Source: a virus (lineage: Duplodnaviria > Caudoviricetes). Taken from it: DNA of 33,896 nucleotides. The position numbers and the translations under genes are program-made. Position 1 is the first letter of the stretch. Every line of letters starts with the position of its first letter. The notes beneath the pieces were generated by a model. That model saw nothing but the letters and a program-made list of their open reading frames with translations, was not told the DNA's origin and ran no database searches. Of the stretch, positions 1 to 7,024 are shown piece after piece. Location of the stretch: the IMG/VR virus record IMGVR_UViG_3300005805_000010, positions 1 to 33,896 of that record, one strand, 5' to 3'.

Positions 1-38
1 AGGTGGGGGAGGTGGTGGCAAAGTAGGTTCGATGAGAG
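1..38. repeat. Terminal direct repeat, left copy (circular assembly overlap)
   Basis: aggtgggggaggtggtggcaaagtaggttcgatgagag at 1-38 is identical to 33859-33896. Confidence 0.97.
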
Positions 39-1503
39 CATCTGCATCAGCAACGTCAAAAATAGTCTCTGGCTCAAATACCTCAGCAATGATGGTTGCA
101 AGGTTGCTGATTGAGTCAGAAACAAACTTAGCAAACATGTTCTGTCGCACGATGAGTCCCATCGACGACCACTGGTTTTCGAGTCTGTTAGCTGTTGCAG
201 ATTTGTACTGCTCTGAAGTGCCACGAAGCAAGTCGCTTACTTTCAGTGTTTCATAGAGTTGTTGCAGAGCGTTCTGCCTAGCGCCCTGTAGGATGTTTAG
301 AGCGTTCATGTATGGCTCGATGTTCATGGCTTCAATGCCATTAGCAAGGCCACCACGTTGCTTATAGGACGGCCAGTTAGTGACTGGGATGAGCTTTAGG
401 TCACCAGTCATAAGCATTTCAACTTGGTTCCCCAAAGTCGCATCGTAGAGGCTATTAGTACGAATGGCCTGAGTAACAGCGTGGATACGGGTTGTAAGCC
501 GCTCGACTTCGAGGATTTGGTCTTTTACATGGCTGTAATCCGAAACAGGAATAACGCTATCGGGATCAGCAGACTGACGAATAACAGAGCAAGGGAAAAA
601 CTTTTCAAATCGAATCGGAGGTTCTGAGGTCTCAATAAGGGTCTTATCTCCACCTTTTTGAAGCCAATAAACCTTTCGTGAAGGCCGGTCCCATATCTCA
701 TAGAGTTCAGCCTTTCCTTCGTAGCGGTCATCTTGTCGGGCAATATCTTTCTTTATGACTTCTGGATAGCTGTCGTAGGTCAGTTGCTCAGCAATTTCTG
801 GACCAAACAGGCTTTCTGCTTGGCTTCTATCCATAAAGGCTTTACGAGCTTGCCAGTCGATCTCTGCTTCACTACGAGCATCGTTGCAGTAGTAATCGTT
901 GTATTGCACAACTTCGATAATAGCTTTTTCGCTGGTTTTCTTTTGAACCTGCATCCCACCGATGAGGATGCCACCTTCACGTTCTTCTAGTTCTTCTTCG
1001 TCACCTTCGTAGTCATTGCCGTTACCGTCAATCAACTTACCTTCTGGGTCACGAATAACTGCGTACTCTTCATAGGCAGTTTCAAACTCAGCAACGTATC
1101 TGGCCCACAAAACTGCTTGTCCAGTCAGCAAAAATTGCAGAGCAGCTTGATAACCAATTTTATCGAAATCAAAATGAACATCCATTGCGTATTGGGCATT
1201 ACGCTCAAGGACAACAGAACCAAGCTCGTAAGGAAGGCTTCCTGCTCGTTTTCTAAGGTTTACTTCTGCTTTGGGAGTTGAAGAATAGTAAGCAGGAAGA
1301 AGAGTATTAGTACAATACCACCAAACATTAAGTCGTCTTTCAGCGTCATTAAGAACACCCACCTGCTTTTGAGCGTTGTATACCCTGATACTTTCTTCAG
1401 CAGCTTCTATGAATTTTTTGCGACGTTCTTCCGCACGAGTAATCTCATTTTTCCACCAACGACCACTATACTTTTCAACAGTCGGTTTTGGTTGAACTTT
1501 CAT
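1..1503 (-). CDS. Portal protein, N-terminal part (continues across the circular join at 33858; about 872 aa in total)
   Basis: Absent from the ORF track because it has no stop in the window. ATG at 1503 overlaps the terL TGA (ATGA). Segments translated by hand: MKVQPKPTVEKYSGRWWKNEI...LNVWWYCTNTLLPAYYSSTPK...VSDLLRGTSEQYKSATANRL...EPTLPPPPPP. In frame with ORF 32743..33879; lies directly downstream of terL. Confidence 0.88.
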   Translation of the reverse strand, partial: MKVQPKPTVEKYSGRWWKNEITRAEERRKKFIEAAEESIRVYNAQKQVGVLNDAERRLNVWWYCTNTLLPAYYSSTPKAEVNLRKRAGSLPYELGSVVLERNAQYAMDVHFDFDKIGYQAALQFLLTGQAVLWARYVAEFETAYEEYAVIRDPEGKLIDGNGNDYEGDEEELEEREGGILIGGMQVQKKTSEKAIIEVVQYNDYYCNDARSEAEIDWQARKAFMDRSQAESLFGPEIAEQLTYDSYPEVIKKDIARQDDRYEGKAELYEIWDRPSRKVYWLQKGGDKTLIETSEPPIRFEKFFPCSVIRQSADPDSVIPVSDYSHVKDQILEVERLTTRIHAVTQAIRTNSLYDATLGNQVEMLMTGDLKLIPVTNWPSYKQRGGLANGIEAMNIEPYMNALNILQGARQNALQQLYETLKVSDLLRGTSEQYKSATANRLENQWSSMGLIVRQNMFAKFVSDSISNLATIIAEVFEPETIFDVADADALIEPTLPPPPPP

Positions 1504-3944
1504 ATTCTAGCTCGTTGGTTGTTTTGTCTCATCTGTGAAATGTATGCTTGCAACTTAATCAAACCTTTGTTGAAAACTTCTGCTGGTTGTTCCCACTTAG
1601 CGTCGAGAAGTCTAGCTTTGCACAAATAGCGTAAAGCATCGACGGCATGATCGTTTCCGTTCGTATCCAAATCTTCTGGATTGCGCTTGTCTATCGTCAT
1701 GGATGGTAAAGTCTCTAGCAAGTATTGGCAATTAGCAAAAATATAAAGTAACGGCGGTTTACCTACCAACCTTTGCCTTATCTGTGACCAACCTGAAATA
1801 CGGTCATTATCCGCTGGCCTGAAACTTGGGTGTTTGAACCTAGCAAACACGACATTGAACTGGTCGTTAATGCTTGGCCCACCCTCATGGCTAAAGATGC
1901 TTGGATCAGCTACAGCTATTGGATTTTCTCCGATGGAAGCTGCTGCAATTCGATTAGCTTGCTCAACATTATCAACTCCCTTGGAGTGCATTTCTCGATA
2001 TATGACAATGCTTCCTTTTGGATATGGCACTTCATTACCTTTGTCATCCCGTCCAGAACTAACAGCACCCCAAACAGCGGCGAAAGGAGAACGATAACCC
2101 CAGTCATAACCAAGGTAGCGAGGCCAGTGTTTAGGTAAATTAAAAGGAGCGATAATGTGTTTCCCACTGAACTCAGGAAAATAACTACCCTCGTGAATCT
2201 CGAAATCTCCTTCAAGCCAAGCTCTGACAAGTTCTGGACTACCGACCATGTGCAATCGGTTGATGTACTCAGGATCTCTAGCAAGCAAGATTTGGTTGTC
2301 ATGCACTCTCGACGGTATGTAAATGTAGTCAAAACTACTGCCATTGGGCAGCTTCTTCTCTAGTACCTGCATCCCTTTCGGAGCTGGTTTGATAAACAAC
2401 TCTTTAAGCCATCCATGACCTACGCCACCAGGGTTAAACGTAAGGATAACCTGACCGCCTCCCTTGCCTCGTAGAGCGCCGAATAGCTTCCAGATAGGGG
2501 AAGGGTCAGAGTAGTTACCAGCCTCTTCTATAGCGCAATCTGAGTTCTTGTTGATAAGGCCGCAATCTGATATATAATGATTAGCTTCTTCAACCGTTAA
2601 ATCAGTTACAAGGTGCTCACCAATATATGTCATTACCATCTTTCCAAAAACAACGTCCTCAGCCAGATGAAAAGCCTTGCCGCTATAAGGATGCACCCAC
2701 CACTGTATCGGCGCAGGGGTATGTGTTTGAGTGGTGCCCGACTCATCCTCGGTCGATGTACGGGGTAATTCAACAACATCGCCTTGTAATGGAAATACAC
2801 CTTGGCCGGTTTCTACAACCTGGCGAAAATGTCCATCACATAAATCACGAGAAAACTGATAATCGTCTTGAAAACTTGAAGTTGTACACAAGTTGGTCTG
2901 CTCACATGAAAGACCACCATCAAGCGGCAAGGGCCAACCCAGACGTTCTCGCAAAAGTTCGTCAAGCCGCTGAAAACCCAGACGTATCTTTTGCGGTATT
3001 GGGAATGAGTCCGACAACTGTTCGTCAGATTTGTGTTGAGCATGGGATTCAGTGGACTCGTCGTGGCCGTAATGCTCGTGCTTTTGCTTTAACCGAACAG
3101 TCGGTGCGTGAAGCGCTACAGGGACGGACAACGTTGGAAGCTGCTGCAAAGTTGGGTTGTCATCCAATGACTCTTTACAATAAGTTTTCCCATCTTCTAA
3201 ACAAGCGAACCAAGCCTGGTGCTTTAGACCCCTATATGCGGGAAATTTACGATCTGCGTTACAAGCAGATAAAGCCCATAGCCGAGATTGCTCATCAATA
3301 TGGCGTTTCAGAGACTTGTGTTGCTCGAAGTCTCCAGCGGTGGAAGAAACTCCGTGTGCCGTCAAAACAGGGTGCCAAATGGGATTTTTCTGACGCCCCA
3401 CCTCGGTGCCGTCCTGGGCCAAAACCTGGTTTTCGACACAAGGCGCAAGATAAGGCGTAGTAACGTGTTTAATCCGTCTAGGGCCAAGTAGTGTTGCCAC
3501 CATTTCGCCCACCTGGATTTGTTCTATTGGCTTAAAAGTGCCATCAGCCATGCGAATAGGAGTACCTACCGCTACGCAAAGATTCTGGCCTTGATATTTC
3601 TCAGCATCAGCGTCATTAGCTAAAGGTCTAAAACGTAGGCGACCACCCGACAGGAAGGTAAACTGCTTCTTTTGGTCCTGCCAATGGGCTTTGAGCGGTA
3701 AATATATCTGCTTAGCTCTTTCAATAAGGTCATCAGCTTGAGGCAATTCTTTACGAAAGAAGATAGCATTGAAATCAGCCCCTAACTGTTCTTGCTTTAC
3801 AGCAAACTTACCCAAAACCCCGTCAGTCTTACCCCCACCACGAGCACCGCCATAACCAACCAAAGTAATAGGGCAAGCTACTAAAGCCTCTTGAGGACCA
3901 GCCTGAGGTGCCCATACAACATTTTGGTCTAAACTTTCTGTCAT
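1500..3944 (-). CDS. terL: Terminase large subunit, intein-containing (814-aa precursor, about 469 aa after splicing)
   Basis: Walker A YGGARGGGKT; Walker B-like CAIEEAG; coupling motif LTFNPGG; RNase H-like nuclease motifs GYDWGY and NDHAVDALRY. Confidence 0.96.
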   Translation of the reverse strand: MTESLDQNVVWAPQAGPQEALVACPITLVGYGGARGGGKTDGVLGKFAVKQEQLGADFNAIFFRKELPQADDLIERAKQIYLPLKAHWQDQKKQFTFLSGGRLRFRPLANDADAEKYQGQNLCVAVGTPIRMADGTFKPIEQIQVGEMVATLLGPRRIKHVTTPYLAPCVENQVLAQDGTEVGRQKNPIWHPVLTAHGVSSTAGDFEQHKSLKRHIDEQSRLWALSACNADRKFPAYRGLKHQAWFACLEDGKTYCKESLDDNPTLQQLPTLSVPVALHAPTVRLKQKHEHYGHDESTESHAQHKSDEQLSDSFPIPQKIRLGFQRLDELLRERLGWPLPLDGGLSCEQTNLCTTSSFQDDYQFSRDLCDGHFRQVVETGQGVFPLQGDVVELPRTSTEDESGTTQTHTPAPIQWWVHPYSGKAFHLAEDVVFGKMVMTYIGEHLVTDLTVEEANHYISDCGLINKNSDCAIEEAGNYSDPSPIWKLFGALRGKGGGQVILTFNPGGVGHGWLKELFIKPAPKGMQVLEKKLPNGSSFDYIYIPSRVHDNQILLARDPEYINRLHMVGSPELVRAWLEGDFEIHEGSYFPEFSGKHIIAPFNLPKHWPRYLGYDWGYRSPFAAVWGAVSSGRDDKGNEVPYPKGSIVIYREMHSKGVDNVEQANRIAAASIGENPIAVADPSIFSHEGGPSINDQFNVVFARFKHPSFRPADNDRISGWSQIRQRLVGKPPLLYIFANCQYLLETLPSMTIDKRNPEDLDTNGNDHAVDALRYLCKARLLDAKWEQPAEVFNKGLIKLQAYISQMRQNNQRARI
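2551..2615 (+). promoter_or_regulatory. Sigma70-like promoter and RBS for the antisense HNH gene
   Basis: TTGATA (2551-2556), 16-nt spacer, TATAAT (2573-2578); AAGGTG at 2610-2615, 11 nt before ATG 2627. Confidence 0.65.
2627..3460 (+). CDS. HNH homing-endonuclease-like protein with three C-terminal HTH motifs, antisense within the terL intein
   Basis: GYV...HP...QHRLVMEIHLGRFL...ENVHHINHEKTDNRLENL...H is a typical phage HNH signature. HTH-like segments AVLGMSPTTVRQI, EAAAKLGCHPMTLY and EIAHQYGVSETCVAR. Confidence 0.9.
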   Translation: MSLPSFQKQRPQPDEKPCRYKDAPTTVSAQGYVFEWCPTHPRSMYGVIQQHRLVMEIHLGRFLQPGENVHHINHEKTDNRLENLKLYTSWSAHMKDHHQAARANPDVLAKVRQAAENPDVSFAVLGMSPTTVRQICVEHGIQWTRRGRNARAFALTEQSVREALQGRTTLEAAAKLGCHPMTLYNKFSHLLNKRTKPGALDPYMREIYDLRYKQIKPIAEIAHQYGVSETCVARSLQRWKKLRVPSKQGAKWDFSDAPPRCRPGPKPGFRHKAQDKA

Positions 3945-4141
3945 TTACCGCTAACCATCACAGCGTTAGTGCCGTAAATCCGCTCTACATCACACCGAGG
4001 ATTCTGACACACAAAATAAGGTCCAACAGCACCAGCAAACAAACTAACATACGGCACCTCCTCACATGCAACCTTTACAGTCGTTACATGCTCACACTTA
4101 GGGCACCGGTAAACCTCACTCTCCCGAATTATCCTCTCCAT
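3941..4141 (-). CDS. Small zinc-ribbon protein
   Basis: CPKC and CQNPRC; overlaps the terS end and the terL start, consistent with translational coupling. Confidence 0.7.
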   Translation of the reverse strand: MERIIRESEVYRCPKCEHVTTVKVACEEVPYVSLFAGAVGPYFVCQNPRCDVERIYGTNAVMVSGK

Positions 4142-4613
4142 TTTGCGTCAAATACCTTTGTATAAACTCTGCCTTCGTTAATGGTTTAGAACTAACAACG
4201 TTCCTAATCTCACCGCTAATCTCTAACGTCTGATGCTCACTCCATCCGAGCTTAGTTTTAAGCAAATGAAGCAAGATAGCAGTGTTCCCATCCATAGCCT
4301 CAGACACAGCCTTAGCAGCTAAGCCTCGCTGCATATCAGCCTGACCTTCCAAGAACTCATCCAAGTAATACTTCTCTAAGATGTAAGGAGTAACCCTAGC
4401 CGCTAACGCAGTGCTCTGCTTGCCTAACCCTAGCTTTGCCATATCCCGTATCTGCAAACCTAACTGCTCATCCTTTACATGATGCCTAGTCTGCGGAATC
4501 TCCCTCAATACCGGAGGCAATACCTCTATAACGGCGTTTGGAGAAGGTTGGGGATTTTCTAATACTATAGGCTCTTGAGATTCGAGAAGCTGTTTTAAAT
4601 CTGTGTCGCTCAT
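4116..4613 (-). CDS. terS: Probable terminase small subunit
   Basis: Lies upstream of terL; HTH-like segment followed by AMDGNTAILLHLLKTKLGWSE, resembling TerS-like proteins. Confidence 0.65.
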   Translation of the reverse strand: MSDTDLKQLLESQEPIVLENPQPSPNAVIEVLPPVLREIPQTRHHVKDEQLGLQIRDMAKLGLGKQSTALAARVTPYILEKYYLDEFLEGQADMQRGLAAKAVSEAMDGNTAILLHLLKTKLGWSEHQTLEISGEIRNVVSSKPLTKAEFIQRYLTQNGEDNSGE

Positions 4614-4792
4614 AAAAACTAGGGGGTGCGATTTTTATGTGGGAGGTTGGATATAGCGGTAACCGGTACCCTGCGAGTTTTCGAATTGGTTTGGATTTGG
4701 GAATCTCTATTAGGGGATTTATATGTAACCATTTGATATTACTATAGGTTTATGGATAGGTAACTAGTTTTATGGTTCTCGTAAAGTAGTAA

Positions 4793-5086
4793 CTATGCGA
4801 TGTCATTAATTAATTCCATGAATCGTTCGTGTGTCATGCCGCTGACTCGGTACAACTCAGCTATCTCTATCGGATGGTATAGGCTCTTCTCTCGTTCCCT
4901 GTAACGCAATGAGAAGGTACTGATACCTATCCGCTGACTAAACTCGTGTCGGCTCAATCCGAGGTATCTCCTCACTGCCAGATATAGATTGCCACGAGCA
5001 TTGCGCAGGGTATGACGGTAGCCGACCTGTACTTTCCCACGCATCTGTAAATCGTCGTGCTTCACATGACGTACTGTGGACCACAT
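4793..5086 (-). CDS. HTH DNA-binding protein (start may be 5044)
   Basis: VRRYLGLSRHEFSQRIGISTFSLRYRE is an XRE/Cro-like HTH; divergent from the early genes. Confidence 0.7.
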   Translation of the reverse strand: MWSTVRHVKHDDLQMRGKVQVGYRHTLRNARGNLYLAVRRYLGLSRHEFSQRIGISTFSLRYREREKSLYHPIEIAELYRVSGMTHERFMELINDIA

Positions 5087-5145
5087 AACAATAGGTTACA
5101 GTCAAACAAAAAATAACGCTACCCCCAAAAATTTGCATTCTTCTG

Positions 5146-5186
5146 TTGCATGGCTTGCATCTTACTGTCATACTAGTGAGTATAGT
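5146..5186 (+). promoter_or_regulatory. Putative early sigma70 promoter
   Basis: TTGCAT (5146), 17-nt spacer, CATACT (5169); a further TATAGT at 5181. Confidence 0.5.
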
Positions 5187-5211
5187 CAATCATGACTACG
5201 GAGACAACACC

Positions 5212-5496
5212 ATGCGAAAACTTATCATCACCGCTATTATTAACACATACCTCCAGAGCCGTGACTACGGTGATTACCTTAAGGGGTCACATGACGATTT
5301 GGAACGTCACGAGCAGATATGTGCGGGCTTGCATCGCATGACCGATGAGATGCTATTGGCTGTATATCAACGGCTCTTAATCGACAGTCCCGTTTTAGTA
5401 GTCAATGTGGATAAGGATGGTCAATACGCTGACGTATACCTGCCACTTTCTAAGTATTACGGGGGGATGCTCAAGGATGGGTCAATTCATACCTAG
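5212..5496 (+). CDS. Hypothetical early protein (MRKLIITA...)
   Basis: GGAG RBS before ATG 5212; part of the 5146..5496 ORF. Confidence 0.7.
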   Translation: MRKLIITAIINTYLQSRDYGDYLKGSHDDLERHEQICAGLHRMTDEMLLAVYQRLLIDSPVLVVNVDKDGQYADVYLPLSKYYGGMLKDGSIHT

Positions 5497-5547
5497 TTCG
5501 AAACCCCGCAAGGGGTCTACGGGTTGTGCCCGTACTAATGAGACTAA
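5494..5547 (+). ncRNA. Type II hammerhead ribozyme-like RNA (core variant CUAAUGA)
   Basis: C-GAAA (5499-5503); stem III CCCC-gcaa-GGGG; GUC cleavage triplet (5515-5517); stem I UACGGG-uugug-CCCGUA; core CUAAUGA (5535-5541); open stem II GACUA pairing with UAGU(U)C. Confidence 0.75.
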
Positions 5548-5562
5548 CGACTAAGGAGATAT

Positions 5563-5769
5563 ATGAGCTATCAAAAAGAGAAAGATGCAAGGGTTGAGAA
5601 GATGGCTAGACTGGTCGAGGAGTACCTTTGCCGGCTAGTAGAAGAGGCTTCAGACGAGACATGGTGGGAGCTATATCAAGCAGCCTATGACTTTATGGAT
5701 GAAGCATCTGTAAATCATTTCAGTCCTTGCGACCGCCTTTGCAAGCTGGATCGCCGTCCACCTGAGTAA
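5563..5769 (+). CDS. Hypothetical early protein
   Basis: Strong RBS AAGGAGATAT-ATG. Confidence 0.75.
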   Translation: MSYQKEKDARVEKMARLVEEYLCRLVEEASDETWWELYQAAYDFMDEASVNHFSPCDRLCKLDRRPPE

Positions 5770-5803
5770 CCCTTCAAAACGGTTTAGCAATTAGCGAGGA
5801 TAT

Positions 5804-6010
5804 ATGGAACGTGAATCATATTGGTACCCAACCATTGTTTCAGTTGTAAATGATGGCGATAGGAAGGTTTACATCGATGATGAGGGTTGTGAGTACATCA
5901 GTTTGCATACAACCGAAGAAGGTGCGCAACAGGCTGCACTAGCCTTGCGAGGCCAAAATTTTTGCAACCGAGTACAGCACGATGGAAAAATAATTTTTGG
6001 TGTGTGGTAA
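5804..6010 (+). CDS. Hypothetical early protein
   Basis: RBS GAGGATAT-ATG. Confidence 0.7.
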   Translation: MERESYWYPTIVSVVNDGDRKVYIDDEGCEYISLHTTEEGAQQAALALRGQNFCNRVQHDGKIIFGVW

Positions 6011-6059
6011 TTTATCGTTGGGCTCAACATAAGTATAAACCAAAATAACCCTCTACAAG

Positions 6060-6093
6060 CCCCTAGAATCGATTTTACCTATCGACCTAGGGG
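6060..6093. terminator. Hairpin between convergent genes
   Basis: CCCCTAG..TCGAT-loop-ATCGA.CTAGGGG inverted repeat; no clean U-tract. Confidence 0.4.
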
Positions 6094-6149
6094 TAACCCT
6101 ACCCCAGCCCTTTATCTTTCAATAGCGTTCGTTCTAAGGGCCTTATAAG

Positions 6150-6785
6150 TCAATCGGGTAGCTCATCAAGGCTCACGCCCGTCATCTCAGCTAACCAATG
6201 GCGGGTTTGAGAACTTAAAGGCTTTCTGGCTGGTGGAGGCGTCACCCCTCTCACACTCTCCCCCTTAACTACACCAGTCTTAGGTTTAGTCTTAGTATGG
6301 TTTTGATTAGTAATATCTTTATTAGTAATATTATTATTAGTAATATCTTTATTAGTAATCTCTTTATTAGTAGTGAGTACGTCGTACCCCCTCATCTGAG
6401 TATCTCTTACCCCCTCACTGGGCATCTTATACCCCCTCTGGGGGTACCAAATACCCCCTTTAGTGGTCAGGGTAAGGATGCGTTTTCTAGCGTCATGAGC
6501 GATGGCGAGATAGCCGTTATCCACGAGACTCTTTAGTGAGTTCTGGATAGTCTTTTCTGAAAAACCCGTTTCGGCTGCGATACACTTACGGGAGGCGAAA
6601 CAGGGTAGCCCTTTGGCTTGCCATTCGGCGACATAGCTCAAGATGATGACTTGATAGGGTCCGAGTTCTTTGAGCAGAGTTTTGTTTACGTTGAAAAAAG
6701 AGTGAGCGGATGGTACCTTTGGCATGAAGTTCCTTTTAGCGGTGGTCTTACTTTGACGAGTGACCATCGCTTTTTTTATTTTCAT
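6150..6785 (-). CDS. Replication initiator-like protein with winged HTH (start may be 6725)
   Basis: CFASRKCIAAETGFSEKTIQNSLKSLVDNGYL resembles the wHTH of phage replisome organisers; internal iterons in the linker as in lambda O. Confidence 0.8.
   Translation of the reverse strand: MKIKKAMVTRQSKTTAKRNFMPKVPSAHSFFNVNKTLLKELGPYQVIILSYVAEWQAKGLPCFASRKCIAAETGFSEKTIQNSLKSLVDNGYLAIAHDARKRILTLTTKGGIWYPQRGYKMPSEGVRDTQMRGYDVLTTNKEITNKDITNNNITNKDITNQNHTKTKPKTGVVKGESVRGVTPPPARKPLSSQTRHWLAEMTGVSLDELPD
6306..6372. repeat. AT-rich 15-bp tandem repeat, about 4.5 copies (putative unwinding element)
   Basis: ATTAGTAATATCTTT, ATTAGTAATATTATT, ATTAGTAATATCTTT, ATTAGTAATCTCTTT, then ATTAGTA. Confidence 0.9.
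6385..6460. repeat. Four iteron-like repeats (putative replication origin)
   Basis: TACCCCCT(C/T) at 6385, 6408, 6430 and 6452, spaced 23/22/22 bp. Confidence 0.8.
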
Positions 6786-6846
6786 GCAGAGTACAGCACA
6801 ATCCCTTTGGCGTAAATCGCCATTTACTGTTATCCTGGAGACTCAT
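6748..6846 (-). CDS. Possible 32-aa small ORF upstream of the initiator
   Basis: AGGATAT-ATG, the same start context as the early genes; MSLQDNSKWRFTPKGLCCTLHENKKSDGHSSK*. Confidence 0.4.
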   Translation of the reverse strand: MSLQDNSKWRFTPKGLCCTLHENKKSDGHSSK

Positions 6847-6853
6847 ATATCCT

Positions 6854-6896
6854 AACCCCGTTATGCGTAGCGATACCGTAGCGGGGTTTTCTTTTG
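6854..6896 (+). terminator. Rho-independent terminator-like hairpin
   Basis: AACCCCGTTATG...CGTAGCGGGGTT followed by TTCTTTT. Confidence 0.55.
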
Positions 6897-6954
6897 CTTA
6901 TTCAGCGGGTTAGCATTTTTCCTCAAGTAACCTGCAAAATATCCGAATATTATC

Positions 6955-6984
6955 TTGCACGACTATCATCTGAATGTGTATAGT
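6955..6984 (+). promoter_or_regulatory. Putative early sigma70 promoter
   Basis: TTGCAC, 18-nt spacer ending in TGTG, then TATAGT. Confidence 0.6.
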
Positions 6985-7024
6985 CAGTAAGAGAGGGCAA
7001 TAAAGCCCAACGATAAAGGGATAT

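Larger units (their letters stand above)
2544..3578 (-). mobile_element. Intein (345 aa) inserted in TerL just before Walker B
   Basis: N-terminal block A CVAVGTPIRMADGTFKPIEQIQVGEMV; block B-like PIWHPVLT; block F VTDLTVEEANHY; ends ...GLINKN with +1 Ser. Removing it restores YQGQNL/SDCAIEEAG. Confidence 0.93.

Noticed and set aside
1-38. End repeat as a physical direct terminal repeat or att site
   Set aside because: It falls inside the portal reading frame; more simply an assembly overlap of a circular or permuted genome
32-1629. Several short ORFs in the track over 1-1500
   Set aside because: The region is occupied by the portal N-terminus on the - strand, which the track missed
1830-2363. 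Alternative-frame ORFs in the terL nuclease region
   Set aside because: No motifs or RBS; they overlap a well-supported gene
2544-3578. Group I intron or frameshifted insertion in terL
   Set aside because: The insertion is a multiple of three, open in the terL frame, and bounded by Cys and Asn/Ser with Hint motifs
6306-6460. Repeats as a CRISPR array
   Set aside because: Units are contiguous or only 9 bp with about 13-bp gaps, lie in a coding region, and there are no cas genes
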